A stretch of 64,000 bases of DNA. It comes from Coriobacteriaceae bacterium (GTDB lineage: Bacteria; Actinomycetota; Coriobacteriia; Anaerosomatales; SLCP01). The position numbers were made by a program, and so were the translations under genes. Where the stretch lies: assembly GCA_003563465.1 (NCBI GenBank), contig PWVH01000128.1:25504-89503 (forward strand). Direction: 5' to 3'. Numbering within the stretch: the first letter of the stretch is position 1; the number at the start of each line of letters is the position of its first letter. Below are positions 47,722 through 55,747 of the stretch, piece by piece. Under the pieces are notes generated by a model. It was not told where the DNA came from, did no database searches, and worked only from the letters and a program-made list of their open reading frames with translations.

Positions 47722-47750
47722 AGTATATCGAACATATGTTCGATATACAA
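47722..47750 (-). promoter_or_regulatory. SOS promoter with embedded LexA box
   Basis: Minus strand reads TTGTAT, a 17-nt spacer, then TATACT. The spacer is filled by TCGAACATATGTTCGA (47728-47743), the core of the perfect 24-bp palindrome TATATCGAACATATGTTCGATATA (47724-47747). Confidence 0.8.
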
Positions 47751-47792
47751 ACGGGGTCTTCTAGCTAGAAAACGTCATACCGCAAGGACAGC

Positions 47793-48455
47793 TCAGGATT
47801 CGTTCTGATCGCCTTTTTCGACCAAGACCCGTTCTGCGACGTCTCGAGCAATCGCGTATTTCGAGCCTTTGACCTCGATGAGCAAGGGGCCCTCGAACGG
47901 AGCCGATTCGCACACCTTGACCTCGGTACCAGGATACATACCGAGAGAGCCAAGGTAATTCAGGATTTCTTCGTTATCCTCGGCCACCTGGAGGATAGTC
48001 GACCGCATACCGCTGGCAAGTTGGGATAAGGAGACTCCTTCGATTGCCACTATCTCGCCTCTGGCCGTAGGAATGGGATGGCCGTGTGGGCATACCGATG
48101 GATTATCCAAGAAATCCTCGAGTGCTTCGATCACCCTGGGCGAGAGTGCATGCTCGAGACGACAGGCGTCCTCATGGGCGTCTTCCCACGGGATACCGAG
48201 GACATCCACGAGTAAGCGCTCGGCGACACGATGACGCCGGATTATGTCTACAGCAAGGGCACGGCCCTCTTCGGTAAGAATCACATCGCTGTCATCGCGA
48301 ATTACGAATCCTCGAGACTCCAGACGTTTCAGAGTGGCGGTTACCGTAGGCCCTGCAACTCCGAGAGCGTGAGCTATGGGCGTCGGTTTGACGACCCCTT
48401 GTTCAGAGAGCTTGTAGATGATCTCCAGGTATTCCTCGAGCGTGGCTGAAGGCAC
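47793..48455 (-). CDS. DtxR/IdeR/MntR-family metal-dependent regulator with C-terminal FeoA/SH3-like domain
   Basis: Contains LEEYLEIIYKL, PTVTATLKRLE, RRHRVAERLL and CPHGHPIP. The start is set at GTG 48453-48455 with GGAGA 7 nt upstream. Confidence 0.88.
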   Translation of the reverse strand: MPSATLEEYLEIIYKLSEQGVVKPTPIAHALGVAGPTVTATLKRLESRGFVIRDDSDVILTEEGRALAVDIIRRHRVAERLLVDVLGIPWEDAHEDACRLEHALSPRVIEALEDFLDNPSVCPHGHPIPTARGEIVAIEGVSLSQLASGMRSTILQVAEDNEEILNYLGSLGMYPGTEVKVCESAPFEGPLLIEVKGSKYAIARDVAERVLVEKGDQNES

Positions 48456-48504
48456 GTGAAATCTCCTAGAATCAAAGGTTTTGAACTTGTGAAGCCGTGT
48501 GGCC

Positions 48505-48533
48505 AGTCTACCTGTGGGGCGGCAAGTCAACAA
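48505..48533 (-). promoter_or_regulatory. putative promoter of the DtxR-family gene
   Basis: Minus strand reads TTGTTG, a 17-nt spacer, then TAGACT. An inverted repeat TCAAA-N3-TTTGA (48472-48484) lies in the 5' UTR. Confidence 0.45.
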
Positions 48534-48659
48534 GGCGAGTTGATTCTCCTGCCTCTTCGGAGTGTTCCTCGGCAGAATACCGTAGAACCGCTTCTGGTTG
48601 CCGTTCGGACTTCGAAAGCGACCGTTCGGCGCATACTCGAGAATTTCTCGAAAAGGCTA

Positions 48660-48688
48660 TTGACCCCCCTTCCGCCTACGTGTAATGT
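48660..48688 (+). promoter_or_regulatory. orphan plus-strand promoter (drives candidate sRNA 1)
   Basis: TTGACC (48660-48665), a 17-nt spacer, then TAATGT (48683-48688). The perfect 15-bp palindrome TCGAGAA-T-TTCTCGA (48637-48651) lies just upstream of the -35 element. Confidence 0.45.
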
Positions 48689-48694
48689 CACAGT

Positions 48695-48895
48695 TGTCCC
48701 GAGAAGTCGGACCTGGCGAGCACCGAAAGGCCGCGTACCAGTAGCCGCCGACGGGGAGCTGTGAGAGAAGGCGCGACGCGAGTTGGCCGGATCGATCGGA
48801 GCCCCAACGGAAGGAAATGGGAAGCGGTTGAGTATGGTAAGACGCGGGCGAGGTTTCTCGGGACACTTCTATGTCCCTGGGGATATCTTCTTTGG
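48695..48895 (+). ncRNA. candidate structured small RNA, class unassigned
   Basis: It lies in a 480-bp gap with no credible ORF. GTCCCGAGAA (48696-48705) pairs with TTCTCGGGAC (48855-48864). Further helices are 48729-48735/48843-48849, 48736-48740/48835-48839 and 48743-48748/48824-48829. There is an 18-nt purine-rich internal loop AACGGAAGGAAAUGGGAA. The 3' end is uncertain. Confidence 0.3.
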
Positions 48896-48934
48896 TTCCG
48901 CGAGAAACCCGTAGTACGGGAGACTGCTCCCGTC

Positions 48935-49300
48935 TCATGGATGATAGGTTATCCGCGCAACCGGTGATTCCCAGACCGCCACCTCGGTTACGCGCACCTC
49001 CGCACCGACCTTTTCGTCGAGCTTCTCGAATACGACACGCGCAAGGTTTTCTGCTGTCGGATTGAGAGAATCGAAGGGCGGAACCTCGTTTAGAAACGCG
49101 TGATCCAAAGGCTCGAGGACTGCTGCAAGATCGTCTTTGAGGCGCTTGAAGTCGTAGACGATTCCGATGTCATCGAGCTCTTCCCCGGAGACAGTGGCCT
49201 CGACGTCCCACGTGTGCCCATGGAGCTCACGGCACTCCCCGGGATACCCGTGCAGAGCATGGGCGGCGTCGAAATGACTTTTCACTCTCAGCTCATACAT
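48935..49300 (-). CDS. queD: 6-carboxy-5,6,7,8-tetrahydropterin synthase QueD
   Basis: 121 aa with HFDAAHAL and CRELHGHTW. Confidence 0.92.
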   Translation of the reverse strand: MYELRVKSHFDAAHALHGYPGECRELHGHTWDVEATVSGEELDDIGIVYDFKRLKDDLAAVLEPLDHAFLNEVPPFDSLNPTAENLARVVFEKLDEKVGAEVRVTEVAVWESPVARITYHP

Positions 49301-49309
49301 GGCACTTCC

Positions 49310-49786
49310 TCAGAAGAGTGGGCGTTGCGTGAAGGAACGCTCGTTCGGCACCTCTCGATCCCCCACTGCCGAACGCGTGTCCATGGCCTCGTTCGCCAAG
49401 CGATCGGCGTCGGCGTTCTCCTCTCGTGGAATATGGACGAAACGCACTTCATCGAAACGGTCGATGTGAGATTGCGCCTGGACGAAGAGAGGTCTCAATC
49501 CCTCGTTCTTCACTCGGTAGATTCCGGTCATCTGACGTACGATAAGCTCGCTGTCCATGCGTATCTCGACTGCGCGACAGCCACGTGCCAGCGCCACCTG
49601 CAGTCCCCACACAAGCGCATCGTACTCGGCGAAGTTGTTGGTCGCCTCACCTAGATATCTCCCTGCAGAACAGATGACCGAGCCGTCAGAGCTGGATAGG
49701 ACGAATGCAGCACCTGCGGGTCCGGGATTGCCTCGAGACCCGCCATCGGTGTTGAGAACACACCAGTCGAAGTCAGTCTGGGACAT
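49310..49786 (-). CDS. rnhA: ribonuclease HI
   Basis: Contains TDGGSRGNPGPAG, NNFAEYDAL and REENADADRLAN, which carry the DEDD catalytic residues. Confidence 0.9.
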   Translation of the reverse strand: MSQTDFDWCVLNTDGGSRGNPGPAGAAFVLSSSDGSVICSAGRYLGEATNNFAEYDALVWGLQVALARGCRAVEIRMDSELIVRQMTGIYRVKNEGLRPLFVQAQSHIDRFDEVRFVHIPREENADADRLANEAMDTRSAVGDREVPNERSFTQRPLF

Positions 49787-50504
49787 CGACGCCCCTCACC
49801 ACGAGTAGGCGACGGCAGCTAGGACACACTGCGATATCCGGACCTTCACGCAGATCGCGCAGACGTTCAATCGGTAGTTCCACTCGGCAAGCGGTACACG
49901 CGGACTGGCGAAGCCTTGCAGCTCCGATACCGCCTTTTGCCTCGCGAATCCTCTCGTAGCGTTGGAGTAGTTCGTCATCGAGTTCTGCGACGATGGAAGT
50001 CCTTCGGGCTTTGCTCTCCTCGAGAGTGGTCTGGACCTGGCCGCCCTTTTCGCGAAAACGCTCGATCAACGAGACTTCGTCGTCAGTGAGCTTCTGAAGT
50101 GCAGCGTCTATCTTGTTCAGTTGAAGCCCGGCTTTTTCCATTCGCTCCATCACCCCGAGGGTATCGGTGTCCAGCTTGTCCTTTCTGCGTCGAAGCGCAT
50201 CGATCTCACGTGAGAAATTGTGAACCTCCTTCGGATTGGTGACCTTACCCGAGTCTAGCGTGGCTTGTACGCTAGCGATTTTCTCGTCGATGGATGAGAC
50301 CTCGTCGTTGTTCGCGGCTATCGTACGCTCAAGGCGGTTGACGAGGAGTTCGGCTCTAGTCTTGAGTTCGCCGACCTCGACGCTCTTGCGACGAGTTTCG
50401 AGGATGGTGCGCTTTTCCGGCAGCTCATCCAGTTGCTTCTCGGCCCGGTGTATCTCTAGATCGCATTCCTGTAATTCGAGCAGTGCGGAAGGTGCGTCCA
50501 TCAT
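49773..50504 (-). CDS. DUF164-type coiled-coil protein with C-terminal C4 zinc ribbon
   Basis: It has a long coiled coil and then CTACRVELP...CPSCRRLL. The start is set at ATG 50502-50504, downstream of the Nif3 stop. Confidence 0.8.
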   Translation of the reverse strand: MMDAPSALLELQECDLEIHRAEKQLDELPEKRTILETRRKSVEVGELKTRAELLVNRLERTIAANNDEVSSIDEKIASVQATLDSGKVTNPKEVHNFSREIDALRRRKDKLDTDTLGVMERMEKAGLQLNKIDAALQKLTDDEVSLIERFREKGGQVQTTLEESKARRTSIVAELDDELLQRYERIREAKGGIGAARLRQSACTACRVELPIERLRDLREGPDIAVCPSCRRLLVVRGVDVPD

Positions 50505-50512
50505 TCTCCTTC

Positions 50513-51607
50513 TCAGGGAGTCCACCAGGCAGTCGTTGGGCTGTCGATTGCTACGCGATCGGGATCTAGCCCGGGTGTAGCAGACACAGCCTCGGCAAGC
50601 ACAGGTACCAAAGGCCACTCGGAGACATCGTGACCAATCTCGATTATTGCAAGTCCTTCTGAGGTGGCGGCCAGTGCGTCATGATACCGCACCTCCCCTG
50701 CCAGAAGGACGTCGGCATCGGAGTGGATGGTGACGGATACGAGCGAGCCAGCCGATCCCGTTGCAGTGGCGATGACGCTGACATGCGTGTCCGGCGAGCC
50801 CCACACTCTGGGAGTGATGCCGAAGGCCTTGGCCGCCTTGTCGGCCAAGGCGCCCAGATCGGTCGAGGCTTGCAGCGCCGAGATACGTCCCATACGGGCG
50901 GCCCCGCGTGCTAGTCGGTGATCCGAGATCGTTATGAGCGGTTCTTCGTAAGGATGGGCTGACCGCGCGGCAGCGACGACCTGATCCACCGCCTCGGGCG
51001 GGGCGACCATCTCTAGACGTACCTCAGAAGCGGTCGAAGGTTGGCCGGGAGAGCCGATGGACGGAGCAGCGTCTGGGGCTGGGATGAAAGAACCTGTGCC
51101 GGACGCAGCGAAGGAGCAAGCACGGTACTCTCCGATACGGCCGGCTCCAGCAACACTCATGGCGGCGGCGACTTCACGCTCGTTGTCCTGCGGGAGATAG
51201 ACCGTCACGATGCAGAGCGCTAAGTGTGAGTCTTCAAGTGGTACTCCAGGCTCCAGTCCAAGCATGCGTGGCAGGACTTCACCCGCTGCAGGAGAACGGT
51301 CGAGATTCGTGTGGGCGGCGATGAGTGCGACGCCCCTTTCCACGGCGGCAAAGGCGATCCCGGCAGAACGCGGAGTGATCCGTTGAGGAGGCCGGAGGAA
51401 GGCCGGGTGGTGGGTGACCAAAACGTTGGCTCCTGACTGAATCGTACGCGCTAGCGTCTGAGGCGTAAGGTCGAGGCTCACAAGGACCCCGTCGACGCCA
51501 CTGTTCGGATCGCCGACAAGGAGCCCGACATTGTCCCATTCATCGGCCCAGTGAAACGGGAAAGCATCATCGATGGCGTTGAGCATGTCTCTTACGCACA
51601 CGTTCAT
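50513..51607 (-). CDS. Nif3-family dinuclear-metal protein (GTP cyclohydrolase 1 type 2 homolog)
   Basis: Contains WDNVGLLVG, VTHHPAFLRP, AAHTNLD and a C-terminal IGHDVSEWP. Confidence 0.88.
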   Translation of the reverse strand: MNVCVRDMLNAIDDAFPFHWADEWDNVGLLVGDPNSGVDGVLVSLDLTPQTLARTIQSGANVLVTHHPAFLRPPQRITPRSAGIAFAAVERGVALIAAHTNLDRSPAAGEVLPRMLGLEPGVPLEDSHLALCIVTVYLPQDNEREVAAAMSVAGAGRIGEYRACSFAASGTGSFIPAPDAAPSIGSPGQPSTASEVRLEMVAPPEAVDQVVAAARSAHPYEEPLITISDHRLARGAARMGRISALQASTDLGALADKAAKAFGITPRVWGSPDTHVSVIATATGSAGSLVSVTIHSDADVLLAGEVRYHDALAATSEGLAIIEIGHDVSEWPLVPVLAEAVSATPGLDPDRVAIDSPTTAWWTP

Positions 51608-52401
51608 AGGGAGACCTTTCTCATTTCACGCTCTTCGAAATAGACTACTTGGCCATAACCGGCAGCCACAAGCGATTCGATAGCGCGGTCGAGCCCGAAG
51701 CCAACCTCTGAGGGCTTGTGGGCATCCGATCCTGTAGTGGCAGGCACGCCCGAGCGAGCGAAGGCAGCTAGTAGTTCGTCGGATGGATAGAGTTCGGCAC
51801 AGGGCTTGCGTAGCCCGGCTGAGGAAACTTCGATGGCGACACCGGTGTCTGCGATAGCGCCAGCGACATCGGCATACAGCTTGGTCATATCTCCAGGAGG
51901 ACGGAAGCCGAACTTCTTGACCAGGTCTGGATGAGCCATCACGTCGAAGTGGCCACTACTCGCTGCGCGTGTGAACGCCGAGAAGTAGGATTGCCATACA
52001 TCGGTCACATCTCTACCGGACCACTCGTCGATCTTCTCGGGGTCGTCGAAGGTCCATTCATCTAGGAAGTGGACCGCGCCCATGACGACATCGAATGGGT
52101 GCTTCGATATGGAGTCCGCAACCTGTGTGATGTGTTCGGGAATCCAATCGGCCTCGATGCCAAGGAGCACCCGGGTCTTGGTGATGCTTCCGGCTACCGA
52201 TCGGACTTCGGCGACATAGTCGGATAGCTCGCCGGGTCGCATCGAATAGACCCCAAGAGGATCGTAACCGTCCGGTAGAGGGTGATGCTCCGTTATTCCT
52301 AAGACATCCACCCCTGCGGCTATTGCCGCATAAGCGTATTCCAGTGCAGAGCCTTCAGCGTGACCGCAGCGGTAGGTATGAGTATGCATGTCGATCAGCA
52401 T
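51604..52401 (-). CDS. PHP-family histidinol-phosphatase-like hydrolase
   Basis: Contains MLIDMHTHTYRCGHAEG, ITEHHP, GAVHFLD and GSDAHKP. The start is set at ATG codon 19. Confidence 0.8.
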   Translation of the reverse strand: MLIDMHTHTYRCGHAEGSALEYAYAAIAAGVDVLGITEHHPLPDGYDPLGVYSMRPGELSDYVAEVRSVAGSITKTRVLLGIEADWIPEHITQVADSISKHPFDVVMGAVHFLDEWTFDDPEKIDEWSGRDVTDVWQSYFSAFTRAASSGHFDVMAHPDLVKKFGFRPPGDMTKLYADVAGAIADTGVAIEVSSAGLRKPCAELYPSDELLAAFARSGVPATTGSDAHKPSEVGFGLDRAIESLVAAGYGQVVYFEEREMRKVSL

Positions 52402-53441
52402 GACTTCGCCTCCATGACGACTCCGCCTCCGACAACCCTGTCTTCGTCGTAGCATACGACAGCCTGTCCAGGAGCTACGCCATCGACCAGTTCGACGAAA
52501 TGCACTGTCAGTTGATCCGGCTCCGGGACGACTCTGGCCGGTACTGGTTTCGCTCTGTATCTCACCATTGCGGATACCTCGCGTTCGCCGCCACGCCAGA
52601 CGGGATTCCCCGCGACGATTCGGACGGCACCTCGCGGGCGGTCAGATGTGACGACCAAAGTGTCGCGTTCAGGACGTATCTCGGCTATGTACCAAGGACC
52701 CCCGGAAAGTCCGAGACCTTTGCGTTGACCGACAGTGTAGTGCACTATGCCGCGATGGGTTCCGAGGGGCTGTCCGTCCGCATCCACGATCGGACCTGCC
52801 CGCCCTGAGGCAGGAGCTCGAGCCTCGACGAACGAGCCGACGTCGGACGGGATGAAACACACCTCCTGGCTTTCTGGACGAGTCGCACTGGGTAGCCTGA
52901 GGCGACTCGCCTCAGCCCGGACTTCGTCCTTGGAGAGATTTCCGAGTGGGAACATGACATGGCGCAGAAGCTCAGGCACCAAGCGATAGAGGAAATAGGA
53001 CTGGTCTTTGGCCGTGTCTTTCCCTCGGGCAAGCCAAAACTCCTCATCGGGGCCGACAAAGACTCTCGCGTAGTGCCCCGTGGCGAGATACTCTGCCTCA
53101 TGAGCCCGTGCCTTGGCCAGCAATTCGCCGAACTTGATCTTCATGTTGCACTCGATGCATGGATTCGGTGTCAGGCCAGCAGCATAGGAATCAACGAACG
53201 GCGCGATCACTTGGCGCTCGAAGACATCGCGCATGTTGAGGGTGTGGTGAGGGATATCGAGCCGTTCGCAGACGCGACTGGCCGCTTGGATCGCATCTGC
53301 AGAGCAGCAAGTGTCGTCACGCTGCCCTTCCGGAAGCAACTGCAGCGTCACACCGGTGACTTCGTGACCTTGTTCTACGAGTTGAGCGGCAGCGACTGAG
53401 GAGTCGACACCGCCACTCATGGCTATCCAGACGCGAGCCAT
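52395..53441 (-). CDS. mnmA: tRNA 2-thiouridine(34) synthase MnmA
   Basis: PP-loop AMSGGVDSS, plus NPCIECN, KDQSYFL and a C-terminal barrel. Confidence 0.95.
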   Translation of the reverse strand: MARVWIAMSGGVDSSVAAAQLVEQGHEVTGVTLQLLPEGQRDDTCCSADAIQAASRVCERLDIPHHTLNMRDVFERQVIAPFVDSYAAGLTPNPCIECNMKIKFGELLAKARAHEAEYLATGHYARVFVGPDEEFWLARGKDTAKDQSYFLYRLVPELLRHVMFPLGNLSKDEVRAEASRLRLPSATRPESQEVCFIPSDVGSFVEARAPASGRAGPIVDADGQPLGTHRGIVHYTVGQRKGLGLSGGPWYIAEIRPERDTLVVTSDRPRGAVRIVAGNPVWRGGEREVSAMVRYRAKPVPARVVPEPDQLTVHFVELVDGVAPGQAVVCYDEDRVVGGGVVMEAKSC

Positions 53442-53449
53442 CTCGTCTG

Positions 53450-53917
53450 CTAGTCGTTCTCGATCTCACACGCATCATCGTAGTCTGCGGCGTGCGGATC
53501 GAAGTCGGGATCATCATGGGCGATAGTGCCAGCAGCGATAGGCTGACGGCCGTTCCTTACCAGGTAGTCATCGACGGCCTTCTTCAGCCCGTCGGTAGCC
53601 AGCAAACTGCAGTGCATCTTGGCTGGAGGAAGGCCGCCAAGTTCATCGGCAACTTGCTTCTTGGTTATCGAGACAGCCTGGGTGAGAGACATCCCACGTG
53701 CTATCTCCGTGACGACTGACGATGTGGCTATGGCCGCACCACAACCGAGAGTCTGGAACCTGATGTCTTCTATGATGTCGTCGGCGACCTTGATCGATAT
53801 CTTCATAACGTCGCCACAGACCGGGTTGCCCACCTCGCCGACGCCGTCAGCGTCATCTATCATCCCGACATTGCGTGGATTGTTGAAGTGGTCCATGACT
53901 TTGTCGCTGTAGAGCAC
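53450..53917 (-). CDS. iscU: Fe-S cluster scaffold IscU/NifU-like
   Basis: Contains HFNNPRNVG, NPVCGD, FQTLGCGAAIA and PPAKMHCS. Confidence 0.92.
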   Translation of the reverse strand: MLYSDKVMDHFNNPRNVGMIDDADGVGEVGNPVCGDVMKISIKVADDIIEDIRFQTLGCGAAIATSSVVTEIARGMSLTQAVSITKKQVADELGGLPPAKMHCSLLATDGLKKAVDDYLVRNGRQPIAAGTIAHDDPDFDPHAADYDDACEIEND

Positions 53918-53965
53918 GAGCCTCTCCTACTCTTCTGAAGAAGGTTTCTTGCCAGCTTGAAACAT

Positions 53966-55177
53966 CTATCCCGCCGAGGAACCGAACATCTTAGCGTACA
54001 GAGGGGACATCGCCCGGAGCTTCTGTACTATCGGAGGAAACACGTCAAGGAAGTAGTCGACGTCCTCGACAGTGGTAAAGCGACCCAAAGAGATACGCAA
54101 AGATCCGTGGGCGAGCTCTGGAGGACAGCCGATCGAAAGCAGCACATGACTGGGTTCGAGGCTTCCTGAAGAACATGCGGAACCGGTAGAAACGGCGATG
54201 CCTTTCGCATCCAGCTGCAGCAACATCGCCTCCCCTTCCACCCCTTTGATTATCAGGTGAGCGAGGTTAGGGAGCTTCTCGGGATGCATCGCGCTTTGCT
54301 CGGTGTTCTCGATGGTGGTGAGGATGCTTCTGGTCACGTGGTCCCTGAGTTCAGTCAATCGTGAGGTCTCTGCGGGCAGTTCTTCGACCGCTATCTCTAG
54401 CGCTTTGACGAAACCTGCTGCGCCAGCAACGTTCTGAGTGCCGGAACGCTTCTTGAATTCCTGTCCGCCGCCGCGCAGCTGAGGAGCGAAAGGAGTGCCT
54501 CGTTTCAGGTAAAGCGCTCCCACACCCTTCGGCCCGTATACCTTGTGAGCAGAAAAAGATGCAGCGTCCACCCCTAGACCGGCAAGATTCAGAGGCACCT
54601 TTCCAAGGGTCTGCGCAGCATCGGTGTGGAAGAGCGCGCCACCTTCGTGGGCGACGGCTGCAAGTTCACTTACCGGCTGCACGGTACCGATCTCGTTATT
54701 GGCGTGCATCACCGAGACTAAGACGGTGGTCTTCTTCAGCGCAGCTGCAAGGTCATCGGGATGTACGAAGCCTTCATTGCGGGGTGGGAGATACGTGACT
54801 TCGTAGCCGAGCTTCGCGAGATGATGCGCTGGGTCCAAAACCGCATGGTGCTCGAATGCGGACACCACTACATGACCACCTTCGGGTCTCGCCCTAGTGG
54901 TTATCCCGATCAGGGCAGCGTTGTCGGACTCGGTACCTCCACTAGTGAAGATGATTTCGTTGGGGTGTTTCGCCCCTACCAGTCTTGCGAACTCTTCGCG
55001 AGCGGTCTCAAGTGTGGTGTAGGCATCACGTCCGATTTGGTACAGGCTGTTCGGATTCCCCCATCTATCTTTGAGAAGGGATACCATCAGGTCGACCACA
55101 CGGTCGTCGACAGGTGTAGTGGCTGCGTAGTCGAGGTAGATACGTCTTTCGTTCACGGCTTTCGCCTTTCTGATCAC
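53966..55177 (-). CDS. iscS: cysteine desulfurase (NifS/IscS type)
   Basis: Contains YLDYAATTP, the PLP Lys in FSAHKVYGPKG, and the active Cys in STGSACSSGS. Confidence 0.93.
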   Translation of the reverse strand: MIRKAKAVNERRIYLDYAATTPVDDRVVDLMVSLLKDRWGNPNSLYQIGRDAYTTLETAREEFARLVGAKHPNEIIFTSGGTESDNAALIGITTRARPEGGHVVVSAFEHHAVLDPAHHLAKLGYEVTYLPPRNEGFVHPDDLAAALKKTTVLVSVMHANNEIGTVQPVSELAAVAHEGGALFHTDAAQTLGKVPLNLAGLGVDAASFSAHKVYGPKGVGALYLKRGTPFAPQLRGGGQEFKKRSGTQNVAGAAGFVKALEIAVEELPAETSRLTELRDHVTRSILTTIENTEQSAMHPEKLPNLAHLIIKGVEGEAMLLQLDAKGIAVSTGSACSSGSLEPSHVLLSIGCPPELAHGSLRISLGRFTTVEDVDYFLDVFPPIVQKLRAMSPLYAKMFGSSAG

Positions 55178-55180
55178 TTG

Positions 55181-55618
55181 TCACACGTTGGTGCCGGACT
55201 CATTCAGTGCTTCCTGCTTTCGGGCAAGTGAGTGCAGGGTGGTGGATACGAAGACTTCACGTGCGGCAGCCGTCGCGCTTTCCCAAACGTCAGCAGCAGC
55301 ACAGCCGTCTCCCCTTCCACAGCGGGCGACACGCTCGCTGTCGCATATCACTGGCCTTAGAGGTCCCTCAAGGGCTTCGACGATATCCAGAACCGTGATA
55401 TCAGTAGCGAGCCGATTTAGCGTGAAACCGCCTCTAGCACCGCGTACGGCGCTGACTAGACCAGACCGCCGAAGCGCGACGAAGAGCTGTTCGAGGTACT
55501 TCGGAGGTATTTGTTGGACCTGGGAGATCTCCCGGGCACTGACCGGTTCTCCACTTGAACGGCATGCGAGTTCGATCATCGCGAGCAATCCGTATTCGCT
55601 CTTTGCGGTAAGACGCAC
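55181..55618 (-). CDS. Rrf2-family transcriptional regulator (IscR-like)
   Basis: It begins (V)RLTAKSEYGLLAMIELA and contains GARGGFTL. A three-Cys cluster is spaced C-x7-C-x5-C. The start is set at GTG 55616-55618 with a GAGGAG RBS. Confidence 0.85.
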   Translation of the reverse strand: MRLTAKSEYGLLAMIELACRSSGEPVSAREISQVQQIPPKYLEQLFVALRRSGLVSAVRGARGGFTLNRLATDITVLDIVEALEGPLRPVICDSERVARCGRGDGCAAADVWESATAAAREVFVSTTLHSLARKQEALNESGTNV

Positions 55619-55669
55619 TGTGCCCGACTGCTCCTCAGATAATCCTGACCATATTAGTATGATTTCAGC

Positions 55670-55699
55670 AAGATAGCCCTCGGCCGGCGTGGATGTCAA
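55670..55699 (-). promoter_or_regulatory. putative promoter of the Rrf2-iscS-iscU-mnmA operon
   Basis: Minus strand reads TTGACA, an 18-nt spacer, then TATCTT. An AT-rich imperfect dyad ATCATACTAATATGGTCAGGATTAT (55639-55665) lies just downstream. Confidence 0.55.
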
Positions 55700-55747
55700 G
55701 CAGAGGTTCCGAACGGACTGCGGCTCGATACCCTAACGGCCGTGCAC

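Noticed and set aside
47499-47750. 83-aa minus-strand ORF starting inside the SOS promoter, considered as an alternative first gene of the dnaE2 operon.
   Set aside because: It begins upstream of the predicted transcription start, overlaps the LexA box, and is out of frame with the ImuB-C-like ORF. Its sequence is Arg/Ser-rich and featureless.
48696-48864. Tried to classify candidate sRNA 1 as a cobalamin riboswitch (GGGAAGCGGTTGAG resembles the GGGAAGCCGGTGAG block), a ZTP riboswitch (GACCTGGCG / CCGCCGACGGGG), SRP RNA (CGGAAGGAAAT) or a Mn2+ yybP-ykoY element (GGGGAGC).
   Set aside because: Each has a decisive gap:
- Cobalamin: no B12 box (GCCACTG).
- ZTP: no CGCCTGGGC 3' module.
- SRP RNA: no GGAAGCAGC domain-IV motif.
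- yybP-ykoY: no GGGGAGUAG/UUGACA pair.

Also, no downstream gene lies on that strand for a cis-regulator. It is left unclassified.
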